Under the pieces are notes generated by a model. It was not told where the DNA came from and made no database searches. It was given only the letters and a program-made list of their open reading frames with translations. DNA of 24,853 bases from a virus (lineage: Duplodnaviria; Caudoviricetes): the IMG/VR virus record IMGVR_UViG_3300042260_000489, positions 1 to 24,853 of that record. The stretch is one strand, 5' to 3'. Below are positions 15,107 through 24,853 of the stretch, piece after piece. Within the stretch, counting starts at the first letter, position 1, and each line of letters begins with the position of its first letter. The translations under genes were made by a program, and so were the position numbers.

Positions 15107-15658
15107 TTACGCTTTGCCTTCTACTTTTTCTTTGGTTCTTCCATAAGCCGCAATACCAAGAACAGCACCCATAGCGATATGGTATAATCCCGCACCTTGC
15201 AGTGTTAATGGTTGCCATTGGCTTGTTACGCTGCCTTTACTTAGAGCTTGCAATAAACTCCATAAGATTGGAAATACTACAAAGTCCATGGTACATGTAA
15301 GCATATAGACCCAGCCCATGACCGGACGCCATTTTTTATTAATCCAGTCCTGTGATTCTTTATCTAGTTTTACTGTTGATTCGCCACCTGAGTGCATGGC
15401 GCCAGCGGCCTGTCCACTGGTGTTGTTTGTCGGTGCTGTGCCAAAACTATTTTGCATTGGTGAATTAGATCCATTAAACGAACCATAGCCACCGCCTAGA
15501 TTCTGCGCTCCAATGCCGTTGGTAATTGGCTGTGAAAATCCGCTTGTTGAACCAAAAGCCGTGGAGCCTGTGCTAACAGGCGGCGGTCCAGATTTACTCT
15601 GTGTGATTTCTGGCAGATTACCCGGATCTACGAAATCGTCTTCATCTAACTTAGGCAT
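15107..15658 (-). CDS. Holin-like protein (GTA-type 3TM family resemblance) with a long disordered G/S/N-rich N-terminus
   Basis: WRPVMGW...hydrophobic segments...LGIAAYGRTKEK, with an AAGGAG RBS. Confidence 0.65.
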   Translation of the reverse strand: MPKLDEDDFVDPGNLPEITQSKSGPPPVSTGSTAFGSTSGFSQPITNGIGAQNLGGGYGSFNGSNSPMQNSFGTAPTNNTSGQAAGAMHSGGESTVKLDKESQDWINKKWRPVMGWVYMLTCTMDFVVFPILWSLLQALSKGSVTSQWQPLTLQGAGLYHIAMGAVLGIAAYGRTKEKVEGKA

Positions 15659-15668
15659 AGTCTCTCCT

Positions 15669-17681
15669 TTATACGTATGTTAAAATTATTGTTACTTGAC
15701 CTGTGCCAAGTGACTGTGTTGTTACTTCTGCAACAACTTCAGTGTATGATGTTATTCTATAATCACAGTCCACGATATAAGAACCAGACGCGGTTAATAC
15801 AGCATCTCTTATGTCTGTGAATGCGTTTTTATTCATAGTAGTTCCAACAGTTAATGAACAATCAGAAGGGCACTCCGCAGTAACTAAAACTCTTACGTCT
15901 TTGACAGTTCTATCAGAACTTATGGTACCTATGCTCAGGGTATTAATGCCTACGCTCAGCACTGATACATCTACGTCCAGTACAAGAGTACGTGCGTCTG
16001 TTTCTTTACTGCGTTTATTACCAAACTCCTGCCAATTTGCACCATCAAATACGTAGATAGCCCATTCTCCATGGCCTGCATTTAATACATGCGCTTGATC
16101 ACCAACTAAAGGATATAATGCGTCTCTTGCAGTCAGATCTGCGACAACACTTACCCTACTACTGCGTAAACCCTGTTCTATGTTTAGACCAAGAGCGTAT
16201 CTACCTGTCTGACCACTCATAACTCCTGCTCGATCAAGGTACGTTCCTTGAACATCTCGCATGGTCAGTGGACCACCATCATTGCGTTGTAAACGTAGGG
16301 CATATGATGAAGTGTTTGCCAGGGTTTGTATTGGCAGCGCAGATATACTACCAGCGCCTGCGAAGTCGTTGCCGTTGGCGTCTGCTGATATATTTGCAAT
16401 AGTTATTGTGCCGCCAGATGAATTGGTAATACAAAGCGCACCACCATTTAATACTGTAGCAGTTATATCTGTGATATTTGCGTTGTTAATATCAATGACC
16501 ATGTCATTGGCATCTGCAACAATGGGATCGCCATAAGCGGCTGCACCACTTACTGTGGTAGTGAAATTAACCAGTGTGCCGTTGATGCTGGCACTGAACG
16601 GGGTATAACCTGCAACAACACCATATGAATTAAGCAATCCATCCTGTCCTGATATAACCTGTGTTGCGGCACCAACTTTCAATGCGGTTATTTTATGAAA
16701 ATAAGTTTCTGCGTTTATTATATCTATGACTTCATCCAAGGTTACATAACCGTTGCCGCTGCCGGTCAGGGTCATTTGTTTTCTATTAAATTCGATTACC
16801 TCATCGTCAACTCCCAGTGGGTCTATACCAGTGCCGGTTGAAATACTTGGCAGTTCTGTGGCAACCTTCATGTAAATAGGTCTGCGGCTGGAATCGTCAA
16901 TGGTTAGATCACCGCTGCCGTCAATACTGGGATATATGTAATCTCCTACATTGCCAGGTAAACTGGGAACAAAGTCGATAATGCCGTTGGCAGGGCGTAA
17001 AATAAACTGGTGTGGACCTGGTCCAGGATGTACTACGGTGCCTACAAATTTATCTACATTGTCTCTGTCACTTAAAACAAATTCTTCGTCTTCAATACAG
17101 ATTGCATCTCCTTGTTGAAAGCCATGGTTTTGTTTTTCGAGAACATAGTTAATAAGTGGATTTAAATATTGGAAACGACTCAATACGTTGTCGGCAAAAT
17201 CACTGCTGGCTTCGCCGGGAACGGGATCCAGCATGGGGTAGCCAAGTTCGTTGATCTGGAAGAAAATTACCTGTCCCGGTGTTGTGAACAGACCAAAACC
17301 AGTTGGATCACGAAACGTATTATAGCGCAGTCTGTCTTCTACGATAGCAACTATTTGGCTGTCAGTTTTACTGATAATGCTCATGATCTGACAGACTTTT
17401 CCGTCCTGTGCACCTGCAACAAAGTCACCTACTTCAACATCCTGTGCATTAAATCTAAACGGTGTTCTAGTTAAATGACTGCCATGCAAGCGTTCATTAA
17501 CAGTGAACGTAACTTGCCAACGATAATATTGTGGGTTTATGCCACCACTCCAATATGGATCATCTTCTCCATTTGCATAAGGCCAAAGACCTATACTTGT
17601 AAATGAATCTGCTGTTCCGGATAAAACTTTACTGGGCTTGTTAAGACCTATAAAGTTTGTTTTCCATGAATGAATAGTCAT
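15669..17681 (-). CDS. Putative virion structural (tail/baseplate-associated) protein
   Basis: 670 aa, acidic and G/T/S/N-rich, directly downstream of the fibre gene in a late operon. Confidence 0.6.
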   Translation of the reverse strand: MTIHSWKTNFIGLNKPSKVLSGTADSFTSIGLWPYANGEDDPYWSGGINPQYYRWQVTFTVNERLHGSHLTRTPFRFNAQDVEVGDFVAGAQDGKVCQIMSIISKTDSQIVAIVEDRLRYNTFRDPTGFGLFTTPGQVIFFQINELGYPMLDPVPGEASSDFADNVLSRFQYLNPLINYVLEKQNHGFQQGDAICIEDEEFVLSDRDNVDKFVGTVVHPGPGPHQFILRPANGIIDFVPSLPGNVGDYIYPSIDGSGDLTIDDSSRRPIYMKVATELPSISTGTGIDPLGVDDEVIEFNRKQMTLTGSGNGYVTLDEVIDIINAETYFHKITALKVGAATQVISGQDGLLNSYGVVAGYTPFSASINGTLVNFTTTVSGAAAYGDPIVADANDMVIDINNANITDITATVLNGGALCITNSSGGTITIANISADANGNDFAGAGSISALPIQTLANTSSYALRLQRNDGGPLTMRDVQGTYLDRAGVMSGQTGRYALGLNIEQGLRSSRVSVVADLTARDALYPLVGDQAHVLNAGHGEWAIYVFDGANWQEFGNKRSKETDARTLVLDVDVSVLSVGINTLSIGTISSDRTVKDVRVLVTAECPSDCSLTVGTTMNKNAFTDIRDAVLTASGSYIVDCDYRITSYTEVVAEVTTQSLGTGQVTIILTYV

Positions 17682-17690
17682 TGTATACCT

Positions 17691-19607
17691 TTAAACTGAA
17701 CTTAAAATAAACTGAACAATACAATGTGTTGTCTGACCCACAGCCGCACTGGAACCTGTTGCCGCTTTAGTTAAGCCCAGTGTCATTGTATTTGCACTGG
17801 AATCAAAAGCATCAAATGCCGTTGGACTACCGCTGCTACCGCCACCTAGTAAAGTTCTCGTTGGGAAATCACTGGCCAGGGCACGAGTCACATAAACGTT
17901 GTTTGTTCGCTGATAACCATAGACTTGTATACCTAATGGCGTGCTTGTGCTACCTGCAAATGTAAATGTAACTGTGGCAGTTGTACTTGTTGCCGTTGCT
18001 ATAACAGCACTGATATTTCCATCCAGTACACTTACACTACTTAGGTTACCACTGGCATCATATTCTATACGAACTGTTGATTTATACACAGAACTCGAGC
18101 CACCGCCACCGCCTGAGCTTACGGTACCCGGTGCCCAAGTATTACCGTTCCAGACCAAGGCCTGACCTGTTGTTGGCGTAACATTAGCAACATCCGCCAA
18201 TGCCATTAAATTACTTTGTGCAAGCCTGTTATCAAATCTATTGTTTGTAAAATATAAATTGTTTGCGCCTTCTGCTACTTGATCTGTGTTAGTGTTTAGG
18301 CTTACAACACCTGTACTACTGTTATAGCTTATGCCTGCGCCTGCACTTAATGCGCTTCTCGCCCTTGCGGTTGTAAAATATTGATTAGTGCCTTCACTGA
18401 TTTCGGAAGTACTAACACCATTCAAGCTGGTTAGCATGGTTACATTTGCACTGCCATCAAAACTGGCCAAACCAGTTACTTTACCTGTAAGAGCGATGTT
18501 TCTTGCAGTGGTTAATTTATTTGCTTTATTTGCAAGATCTATTTCTAAGTCATAACCCGGTTGCGTTGTTGCACCAACACCGTATACCTGAACTTGGCCT
18601 GTTTTGTTATTAATTGTATAACTTGTGCCGGCAGGTCCTTCTATGCCTTGTTCGCCCTGCGGTCCCTGTGGGCCTGCAGGACCTACACTGCTGCCGGCAT
18701 CTATAGTTGTGCCATTGCTTAGTGTGAGAATTAAATGGCCTGAACCATTGACAGTTGCACTGGTAACACTTATACCCTGAGCTCCCGTAGCGCCGGTTGC
18801 TCCTGTAGCGCCAGCTTCACCGGTGTCACCTTTAACACCTTTTACTTGTCCGGCATTGATGGTTGATCCGTTGGACTTGGTTAAGATTAGGTTCCCTGTT
18901 ATGTCAACAATCGCGCTGGTTATACCAACACCGTCTGTACCGGCAACGCCTGCAGGTCCTTGTGCTCCTGTGGCACCTGTGGCACCAGCCGGACCCTGAA
19001 TACCCTGTGGGCCTTGTAATCCTGTTTCACCTGGAATACCCTGTGCACCATCTGCGCCAGCGGGTCCTTGTGCTCCTGTGGCACCAACAACATAACCAGC
19101 ATCTATGGTTGATCCACTGGAAGTTGTAATAATTAAATGACCAGAACTATTAACTGCGGCATTTGAAATTGTTGTACCGCCGCCTGCTGGTGCATCTATG
19201 GGATACCAATAGGTTCCATTGAACGCTAATATCTGACCACTTGTCGCATCGCTTACGAATACATCCGTAAGACCATCCAAGGTCAACACTGGATCTGGTA
19301 AATTTTCTACCACGCTGTCCACATAGCCTTTTGTTGCTGCCTGTAGTGGCAGTGTTGGCGCCGCAGGCAACGTGATAGGACCGGTCATTATACCGCCAGA
19401 TACATTTAATTTACTCTGTAGTGTAGCAAGTAAAGTAGCCGCAAAGTTTGGATCATTATTAATTGCGTTGCCCAGTTCTTTAAGCGTGTCCAATACCGCA
19501 GGTGCACCATTGACTAGGCTTTGAACCTGAGAGTCAATATATTCTTTTACGACTTCTTCATTAACTGGCTGGCCGTCACCACCCAACCCATCTACATATA
19601 TTGCCAT
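17691..19607 (-). CDS. Collagen-like tail fibre protein
   Basis: APAVLDTLKELGNAINNDPNF, AATKGYVD, Gly-X-Y runs, LTTARNIALTG and EGTNQYFT repeats. Confidence 0.88.
   Translation of the reverse strand: MAIYVDGLGGDGQPVNEEVVKEYIDSQVQSLVNGAPAVLDTLKELGNAINNDPNFAATLLATLQSKLNVSGGIMTGPITLPAAPTLPLQAATKGYVDSVVENLPDPVLTLDGLTDVFVSDATSGQILAFNGTYWYPIDAPAGGGTTISNAAVNSSGHLIITTSSGSTIDAGYVVGATGAQGPAGADGAQGIPGETGLQGPQGIQGPAGATGATGAQGPAGVAGTDGVGITSAIVDITGNLILTKSNGSTINAGQVKGVKGDTGEAGATGATGATGAQGISVTSATVNGSGHLILTLSNGTTIDAGSSVGPAGPQGPQGEQGIEGPAGTSYTINNKTGQVQVYGVGATTQPGYDLEIDLANKANKLTTARNIALTGKVTGLASFDGSANVTMLTSLNGVSTSEISEGTNQYFTTARARSALSAGAGISYNSSTGVVSLNTNTDQVAEGANNLYFTNNRFDNRLAQSNLMALADVANVTPTTGQALVWNGNTWAPGTVSSGGGGGSSSVYKSTVRIEYDASGNLSSVSVLDGNISAVIATATSTTATVTFTFAGSTSTPLGIQVYGYQRTNNVYVTRALASDFPTRTLLGGGSSGSPTAFDAFDSSANTMTLGLTKAATGSSAAVGQTTHCIVQFILSSV
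18625..19175 (-). repeat. Three S-A-x-V-x-x-x-G-x-L-I-x-T-x-S-x-G-x-T-I-x-A-G knob repeats alternating with collagen Gly-X-Y tracts
   Basis: ISNAAVNSSGHLIIT, ITSAIVDITGNLILT and VTSATVNGSGHLILT in the translation. Boundaries are approximate. Confidence 0.8.
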
Positions 19608-19611
19608 GTGT

Positions 19612-19977
19612 TTATAAACTCAACATAACTTTGGTAATATCACCTACTGATGACGTATCTGTCAAATAACTTCTAGTTTTTCTAAATCTCACAAGCACAA
19701 AATTACCTCTGAAAGTAAATGCTTCTGTGCCAGTTTTTGCTGTAGTGTATTGTTTGTAAGGATTTGCCGGTGTTAACCAAATAGGAAACCAATCTGCACT
19801 CTGTGGTTCTAATTCCAGTGTGGCTTCTATTTGAATCCTACCTATGAAATTATTAAATTGCACCGCCATGGTATGATAACCGTCACGATAACCATAGTAA
19901 CCGTCACCTCTGACAGCATCACTGAGTTGATCTAACTGACCGTTGCCAACCAACATCGTTACATTTGTTGTATTCAT
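19612..19977 (-). CDS. Hypothetical protein, probably structural
   Basis: 121 aa with beta-rich character, in the late operon. Confidence 0.7.
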   Translation of the reverse strand: MNTTNVTMLVGNGQLDQLSDAVRGDGYYGYRDGYHTMAVQFNNFIGRIQIEATLELEPQSADWFPIWLTPANPYKQYTTAKTGTEAFTFRGNFVLVRFRKTRSYLTDTSSVGDITKVMLSL

Positions 19978-20141
19978 GCCTTGTCTACCTCTACCACAAC
20001 TGCATCACCTACTAGCTCTTGTGCTACTTGTTCCAGCGCGGCTTGAACATCAGAATTAGCTATATTGGATACTTCTGATTCACTGTCTTTGACAATTTTG
20101 CTTAATTTAATTACAATTATTTCTTCTATGATTTTAGCCAT
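19974..20141 (-). CDS. Small acidic protein (55 aa), below the ORF-track cutoff
   Basis: Translates as MAKIIEEIIVIKLSKIVKDSESEVSNIANSDVQAALEQVAQELVGDAVVVEVDKA. It has a GGAG RBS, TAAATA upstream and an ATGA overlap with the next gene. Confidence 0.8.
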   Translation of the reverse strand: MAKIIEEIIVIKLSKIVKDSESEVSNIANSDVQAALEQVAQELVGDAVVVEVDKA

Positions 20142-20160
20142 GTTAGCTCTCCGTTATTAA

Positions 20161-20166
20161 TATTTA
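20161..20166 (-). promoter_or_regulatory. Late promoter core TAAATA heading the fibre/structural operon
   Basis: Lies immediately after the terminator and 19 nt before the ATG. Confidence 0.65.
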
Positions 20167-20169
20167 GTC

Positions 20170-20200
20170 AAAAAGAAAGGCACAACCGAAATTGTGCCTT
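20170..20200 (-). terminator. Rho-independent terminator
   Basis: AAGGCACAAT-TTCG-GTTGTGCCTT followed by TCTTTTT. Confidence 0.9.
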
Positions 20201-20219
20201 AGTAAAATGTTGGTTCGTC

Positions 20220-20936
20220 TTAGGTTTCAGAGATCAAAACTGCTTTTTCAACACTGTCATAATAATTATCCAGCAATAACTGAAGCATCATTACATCTTT
20301 GTCGTCGTTAAGATATATTGAAAATGCACTGTATCTGTACCTAAATCTCGGAGCACTGAGTTGTTCAGGTGTCATTGCCATTGCAGTAGCCAGTGTAGAG
20401 TTAGCACTCCATCTAGTACCATCTTCGTTGTCCATGGCATCCAGCCAGTTTTTTAAAGAGTCAAAATCATTGAATTTCCAAGTCCAACTATTTTTAATAT
20501 TTACTTTATATCTATACTGCTTTAAGAACAAAGTTCTACGCACCCTAATCCTGTGATTATCTAACATAAGTTGTTTGTGATTTTCACTGGCAGGAACACT
20601 GATTTCTATGATGCAGTTCTGTAATCGATCAATTAAATCCTCAAAAATTTCACTGTTGTCAAGATACATGGTAACATATTTTTGTTCTGATCTAAATTTG
20701 CATTCGAGATCGTCGGGTAATTTGTCTATAATTCTTCGCTTTAATTCGTTTTGCAAAGAGATTATATTGGTTCGTGAATACGAACCATACCAGCCACGCT
20801 CGATGTTTGATCTAACGATTTTGTCATCATCCACTGTAAAGCATATCCTATAAGCATACTTTTTATAGTACAGCTTTTCAGTGGTGTAAACTCGTATTCC
20901 TTTAGGAAACTTGTTCAATGCCATAGTCAGTACCAT
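20220..20936 (-). CDS. Hypothetical protein (true start may be MALNK, a few codons in)
   Basis: 238-aa ORF overlapping the end of clpA, with an apparent internal duplication (LYYKKYAYRI vs LFLKQYRYKV). Confidence 0.7.
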   Translation of the reverse strand: MVLTMALNKFPKGIRVYTTEKLYYKKYAYRICFTVDDDKIVRSNIERGWYGSYSRTNIISLQNELKRRIIDKLPDDLECKFRSEQKYVTMYLDNSEIFEDLIDRLQNCIIEISVPASENHKQLMLDNHRIRVRRTLFLKQYRYKVNIKNSWTWKFNDFDSLKNWLDAMDNEDGTRWSANSTLATAMAMTPEQLSAPRFRYRYSAFSIYLNDDKDVMMLQLLLDNYYDSVEKAVLISET

Positions 20937-23106
20937 TATAGGTAACCATTATAGTGCAACCTACAAGATTGTCAAACACAATCTTTTTACTCAATGGTTT
21001 CTTAATTTTTTCTGCAATGATTCGTTTCATTGGTCTCGCCCCCATCTTCTCATCAAAACCTTCGGTGACCAGTTGATCCAGTGCAGATTCTGTTACTTGT
21101 ACTTTGATACCACGAGATTCCAGCAATTCATTGAGTTCGTCAATAAACTTCATAGCGATTGGCTTAACCTGTTCTTTGCTTAGTCTATTAAATTCAATGA
21201 TAGCATCTAAACGATTACGGAACTCAGGCGTAAAATGCTTGTTTACGGCTTCGATACTAGCTGTACTATTTGTGCTATTATCAAAACCAATACGATTACG
21301 TTCGCCGTCTCTGGCGCCCAGGTTGCTGGTCATAATCAATACAACGTTACGGCAACTTACACTTTTACCACTGCTACTGGTAAGCATACCATTGTCCATG
21401 ACACCTAACAAGATGTTTAAAACATCTGGGTGTGCTTTTTCAACTTCGTCTAGTAATAGAACTGCACTGGGGTGTTGTTCCAGGTCATTTATAAGTTTAC
21501 CAGAACCAGCATCTCCCTCACCGTAACCAACATAGCCCGGGGGCGCACCAATCAAACTTGCCACTTTGTGACTTTCCATGTATTCGCCCATGTCGTAACG
21601 TAACAGTGTCATGTCTAAACAAGTAGCAAGTTGATTGGCTAATTCTGTTTTACCTACACCAGTTGGTCCAACAAACAAATAGCTACCCATGGGCTTTGTA
21701 ATGTCCTTTAATCCAGCTTTGGTAATATAAACCGCATCCAGTAATTGTTCAACCGCAGTGTCCTGACCAAACACTTTGGCCTTGATTGTTGATTCGTAGT
21801 TGATATTAAAGTTATCTGTTTTTACTGTGAGCTGTTCCAGGGGAATCTTTGCTTGCTCACTGATCTCGTGTTTGACTAAGTCAACAGTAAGTTCTTTATC
21901 TAAGTTAATAACTTTTAATTTTGCCATGGCACTGTCTAAAACATCAATAGCTTTGTCTGGCAAGTACCTATCGTGCATGTGCGTAACTGTTAGATCAACC
22001 ACGGCATCTAGTGCCGCATCTTCGATGTGAATCTCATGATAGAGTTCATATTGTGGCATTAGTGCACGTAACATTGTTTTACAATCTTCGGGTGTCATTT
22101 CCACGACATCTAATTTTGTAAACCTGCGAGCCAGTGCACGATCTGGTTCCACGGTCTCTCGGTATTCCTCATAGGTCGTACTACCAATAACTTGTAATTT
22201 ACCACGAGTAAGTGCAGGCTTTAACAAGTTTGCCATGTCCATACTACTATTACCTGCGGCGCCTGCGCCCACTACAGTATGTATTTCGTCAATAAACAGA
22301 ATAGCATTATCTCGTGATTCCAAAACTTCAATAACTTGTTTAATTCGTTCTTCGAAGTCGCCTCGGTATTTTGTACCTGCCATTAATGCGCCCATGTCAA
22401 GACTATAAACAACACAGTCCTTAATCGTATGAGGTACGACATTTTCAACGATTTTACGAGCAAGACCTTCTACAATAGCAGTTTTACCTACACCGGGATC
22501 ACCGACTAAAATAGCATTACGCTTTTTGCGGCGTGCAAGTATCTGTGTGAGTTTATCTACTTCCTTGTTACGACCGATCAACGGATCTACGTTGCCACTC
22601 TTTGCTTCGGCGTTCATGTTAACACAGAATTCTTTTAATACTTTTTCGCCGGGATCACGAGTTTTACTGTCTGTTTTCACCGTTTTACCTACAGCGTCTA
22701 GTACGCTTTCTTTGGTAATACCATGACTGCTTAAATAAAAACAAGCATGGCTATTCTTTTCGCTGAGCACACTTAGTAACATGTCCTGTGGGCTAATACT
22801 GGCACGTCCATTAAAAATAGCCTGTGTAAACGCGCGATTAAATGCACGTTCAAGACTCTGTGTCTTTCTAGGCTTAGTCAGACCCTGCACAACTAGATAG
22901 TCTTGGCTAGCAAGGAAATTTTTAATATCCTCACTAATAGGCTGTGATGCAACACCCATGGAAGAAAGTATGTCTGTTATATCTTTATGTTCTAATATTA
23001 CCAGAGTTAGATGTTCTAGTGTTACGTATTCATGTTCACTGAGAAGTGCGAGACGGAAAGCACGTTCTAGGATTTCGTTGATTGGTTGATTGTCTTCCAT
23101 GGGCAT
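20902..23106 (-). CDS. clpA: ATP-dependent Clp protease ATPase subunit ClpA
   Basis: [10 protein letters not shown]-domain, two Walker A motifs ([16 protein letters not shown]), Walker B motifs FIDEIH and LLDEVEK, IGF loop and GARP. It lacks the ClpB middle domain. Confidence 0.95.
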   Translation of the reverse strand: MPMEDNQPINEILERAFRLALLSEHEYVTLEHLTLVILEHKDITDILSSMGVASQPISEDIKNFLASQDYLVVQGLTKPRKTQSLERAFNRAFTQAIFNGRASISPQDMLLSVLSEKNSHACFYLSSHGITKESVLDAVGKTVKTDSKTRDPGEKVLKEFCVNMNAEAKSGNVDPLIGRNKEVDKLTQILARRKKRNAILVGDPGVGKTAIVEGLARKIVENVVPHTIKDCVVYSLDMGALMAGTKYRGDFEERIKQVIEVLESRDNAILFIDEIHTVVGAGAAGNSSMDMANLLKPALTRGKLQVIGSTTYEEYRETVEPDRALARRFTKLDVVEMTPEDCKTMLRALMPQYELYHEIHIEDAALDAVVDLTVTHMHDRYLPDKAIDVLDSAMAKLKVINLDKELTVDLVKHEISEQAKIPLEQLTVKTDNFNINYESTIKAKVFGQDTAVEQLLDAVYITKAGLKDITKPMGSYLFVGPTGVGKTELANQLATCLDMTLLRYDMGEYMESHKVASLIGAPPGYVGYGEGDAGSGKLINDLEQHPSAVLLLDEVEKAHPDVLNILLGVMDNGMLTSSSGKSVSCRNVVLIMTSNLGARDGERNRIGFDNSTNSTASIEAVNKHFTPEFRNRLDAIIEFNRLSKEQVKPIAMKFIDELNELLESRGIKVQVTESALDQLVTEGFDEKMGARPMKRIIAEKIKKPLSKKIVFDNLVGCTIMVTYNGTDYGIEQVS

Positions 23107-23107
23107 A

Positions 23108-23602
23108 TTATTTCCTTTTTAAATTCTTTTTTCTACGTTTGGTTGCAAGGTCTAAACTTAGCTTTCCTACTTTATTTACAAAACAAACACCGTTTAAGTG
23201 GTCTAGTTCATGTTGAAATACTCTTGCTGGCAGCCCCGTAAATTCGTGTTCTTGTTCTCTACCTATAATATCTTGATATTTTACGGTAATAGTTTCTGGG
23301 CGTTCAACATTTAACCATAGTCCAGGAAAACTCAAACATCCTTCCTGATCTCGATTTGTACCCTGTGTGCTGGTTATTTCTGGATTGACACAGATATAAC
23401 TGCGTTGCTGATTGCCCATGACAAAGACTCGCTTATTGACGCCAATTTGCGGCGCCGCGAGTCCGATTCCATTATTTTCAAACATTATTTTAAGCATGCT
23501 CTGGGCAAGTTCGGCTATTTCACCGTCATTGTCCCAGTTCCAGTCTTCAGACACTTTTTTTAGAGTGTCGTCAGTTTCTTTAACTAAATTATAAATCGTC
23601 AT
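23108..23602 (-). CDS. def: Peptide deformylase
   Basis: GIGLAAPQ, EGCLS and QHELDHLNG motifs. Confidence 0.97.
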   Translation of the reverse strand: MTIYNLVKETDDTLKKVSEDWNWDNDGEIAELAQSMLKIMFENNGIGLAAPQIGVNKRVFVMGNQQRSYICVNPEITSTQGTNRDQEGCLSFPGLWLNVERPETITVKYQDIIGREQEHEFTGLPARVFQHELDHLNGVCFVNKVGKLSLDLATKRRKKNLKRK

Positions 23603-23608
23603 GCTGTT

Positions 23609-23637
23609 ATGATACAGCCTTTATACTAAGAAGTCAA
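23609..23637 (-). promoter_or_regulatory. Sigma70 promoter TTGACT-N17-TATCAT, probably leaderless (def-clpA)
   Basis: Only 6 nt separate the -10 box from the ATG, and there is no SD. Confidence 0.75.
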
Positions 23638-23898
23638 TTAAAAACCTAGCCAATTTTTTCTAGGTGGGTCAATGCGTGGAAGATCTTTTTTGCATTTATC
23701 AATTTGATTTGATATAGCGATTTTGGTTGCGGCATCCGCGGTTTTCATTGCTTCCGCCAGTACCAATAAACATGCAGATTCTGTTGCATACACGCTTTGT
23801 TGCAATCTAGAACTGGTTTCCATGTAGCTCAGGTAGTCTGAACTGGTTGTTGCACAGCCAGACAGCATTAGTAGATTTAACAAGTAAATTTTTTTCAT
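23638..23898 (-). CDS. Small lipoprotein
   Basis: MKK, hydrophobic stretch and LSGC lipobox. Confidence 0.75.
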   Translation of the reverse strand: MKKIYLLNLLMLSGCATTSSDYLSYMETSSRLQQSVYATESACLLVLAEAMKTADAATKIAISNQIDKCKKDLPRIDPPRKNWLGF

Positions 23899-24161
23899 TT
23901 TACTCGATCGTAGATATCTTTTTGTTTTTTGTACCAGTCATTCCAACCATCATTTTTTAGGCTGCAATCATAGTATAACGCATAATTATCCACTACGGTT
24001 CTTAAAAGGTCAGTGATAGCTACTCGGTCACCGTCGATTCTTTTAAGGTCCGGACAGGGTTTTGTAAGCTCTGGCAAAGCTTCTGGAAATTTTGGTTTAG
24101 CGGGCAAAAATACAGAACAGCCTGCGATCAGTGTGACACTTATAAGAGCTATAATTTTCAT
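23895..24161 (-). CDS. Lipoprotein, o-spanin (Rz1)-like
   Basis: IAGC lipobox, Pro-rich segment (PAKPKFPEALPELTKPCP) and a later Cys, directly after an i-spanin-like gene. Confidence 0.65.
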   Translation of the reverse strand: MKIIALISVTLIAGCSVFLPAKPKFPEALPELTKPCPDLKRIDGDRVAITDLLRTVVDNYALYYDCSLKNDGWNDWYKKQKDIYDRVK

Positions 24162-24667
24162 TTTTTGTCTCCTGAACGCTGTGCACCTTTGTTATGTATG
24201 TCCAATAATTCCTTGGGTACTGGGCAGTTTTCTATGTATTTGATAACTTCTTCTACTCTAACACGTTCTGGACCAGTTACTTCTTTGAGTACTTCTTTGG
24301 TTTTCCATTTATCAATATACTTGATAACTTCTTTGTTTTTTGTAGCTTCTAATTTACGTTTTTCACTGATCACAGTGGCCAATTCAGTATTTGCAGTCTT
24401 AGCAGATTCCTCTGCTGTTGCAACTTGTTTCTTTAGTTCTTCTGTTCTCGCTTGCCAAATTGCTTCATTGGCAATAATTCCCTGAGCATAGATACCCACT
24501 ATTAATGCTACCACACCGCCTACACGCAATGGAAGTTTATACTGAGTCACCAAGGGGATCTTAGATAGAAAGTAAGATGCCAGTATTGCGGTGATACCAG
24601 ATAATAATACCAGTGTCCAAAATATGTTTGGTATAAAATTTATCATCCAAATTATTTGATTCATCAT
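24158..24667 (-). CDS. Membrane-anchored coiled-coil protein, i-spanin (Rz)-like
   Basis: Two N-terminal TM segments, a coiled coil and a C-terminal Cys (NCPVP). Confidence 0.6.
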   Translation of the reverse strand: MMNQIIWMINFIPNIFWTLVLLSGITAILASYFLSKIPLVTQYKLPLRVGGVVALIVGIYAQGIIANEAIWQARTEELKKQVATAEESAKTANTELATVISEKRKLEATKNKEVIKYIDKWKTKEVLKEVTGPERVRVEEVIKYIENCPVPKELLDIHNKGAQRSGDKK

Positions 24668-24853
24668 TTATGCCTAAATGTTATGCGACCCTTGCTAAGA
24701 TCGTATGGGGTTAATTCTACATCAACCGCATCGTGCATTAATATGTTTATGTTGTGTTTTCTAATTTTTCCTGATATAGTTGCTAGAATAACCTTTTTAA
24801 TATCTTCTAGTTCTACCCTAAATGTCGCATTTGGTAAACACTCGACCACACGA
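24664..24853 (-). CDS. infA: Translation initiation factor IF-1 (5' end outside the window)
   Basis: [14 protein letters not shown]...[31 protein letters not shown]. Confidence 0.95.
   Translation of the reverse strand, partial: RVVECLPNATFRVELEDIKKVILATISGKIRKHNINILMHDAVDVELTPYDLSKGRITFRHK

Noticed and set aside
18625-19090. Nucleotide repeats in the fibre gene (e.g. ggtccttgtgctcctgtggcacc twice) as a DGR or mobile repeat
   Set aside because: They are explained by collagen Gly-X-Y coding. I saw no adenine-specific template/variable pair and no reverse transcriptase.
23751-23759. Partial match CTTCCGCCA (LAEA) to the GVAE repeat; also gccttcgcca near 10923
   Set aside because: These are at most 9-nt matches lacking the GGTG part, compatible with chance.
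1029-24485. Numerous short plus-strand ORFs from the track (e.g. 1402, 5091, 13675, 21104, 24165)
   Set aside because: They are antisense shadows of well-supported minus-strand genes, with no motifs or RBS.
1-24853. Stop-codon recoding, as seen in some large phages
   Set aside because: Recognisable genes are full length in the standard code, and TAA, TGA and TAG all serve as stops.

Overview
This window looks like part of a large, AT-rich tailed-phage genome (T4-like or jumbo type) using the standard genetic code. Nearly all genes are tightly packed on the minus strand, apart from one short plus-strand operon at 5927-7457. The phage call rests on a collagen tail fibre, a 3-TM holin-like gene, spanin-like genes, T4-type late promoters (TATAAATA/TAAATA) and perfect sigma70 promoters. 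Many host-like auxiliary genes are present: infA, def, clpA, uvsE, RimK-like ligase, MaoC-like hydratase, phasin-like protein, Bug/TctC, fpr, MTA/SAH nucleosidase and an SNase. The Bug, phasin and clpA genes suggest a proteobacterial, possibly betaproteobacterial, host (inference). Four signals stand out. (1) The exact motif GGTGTGGCGGAAG (core of CAAGGTGTGGCGGAAGGC, read as QGVAEG) recurs five times in frame inside two unrelated late genes about 10 kb apart and delimits unrelated peptide modules, a candidate in-frame cassette/polyprotein system. (2) There is a roughly 450-nt highly paired non-coding element at about 3010-3465. (3) There is a roughly 120-nt pseudoknotted RNA-like leader upstream of fpr. 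(4) A late-promoter operon encodes three different nucleotidyl-transfer folds with capsid-targeting-like N-termini. All product calls come from motif recognition, and no database searches were run.
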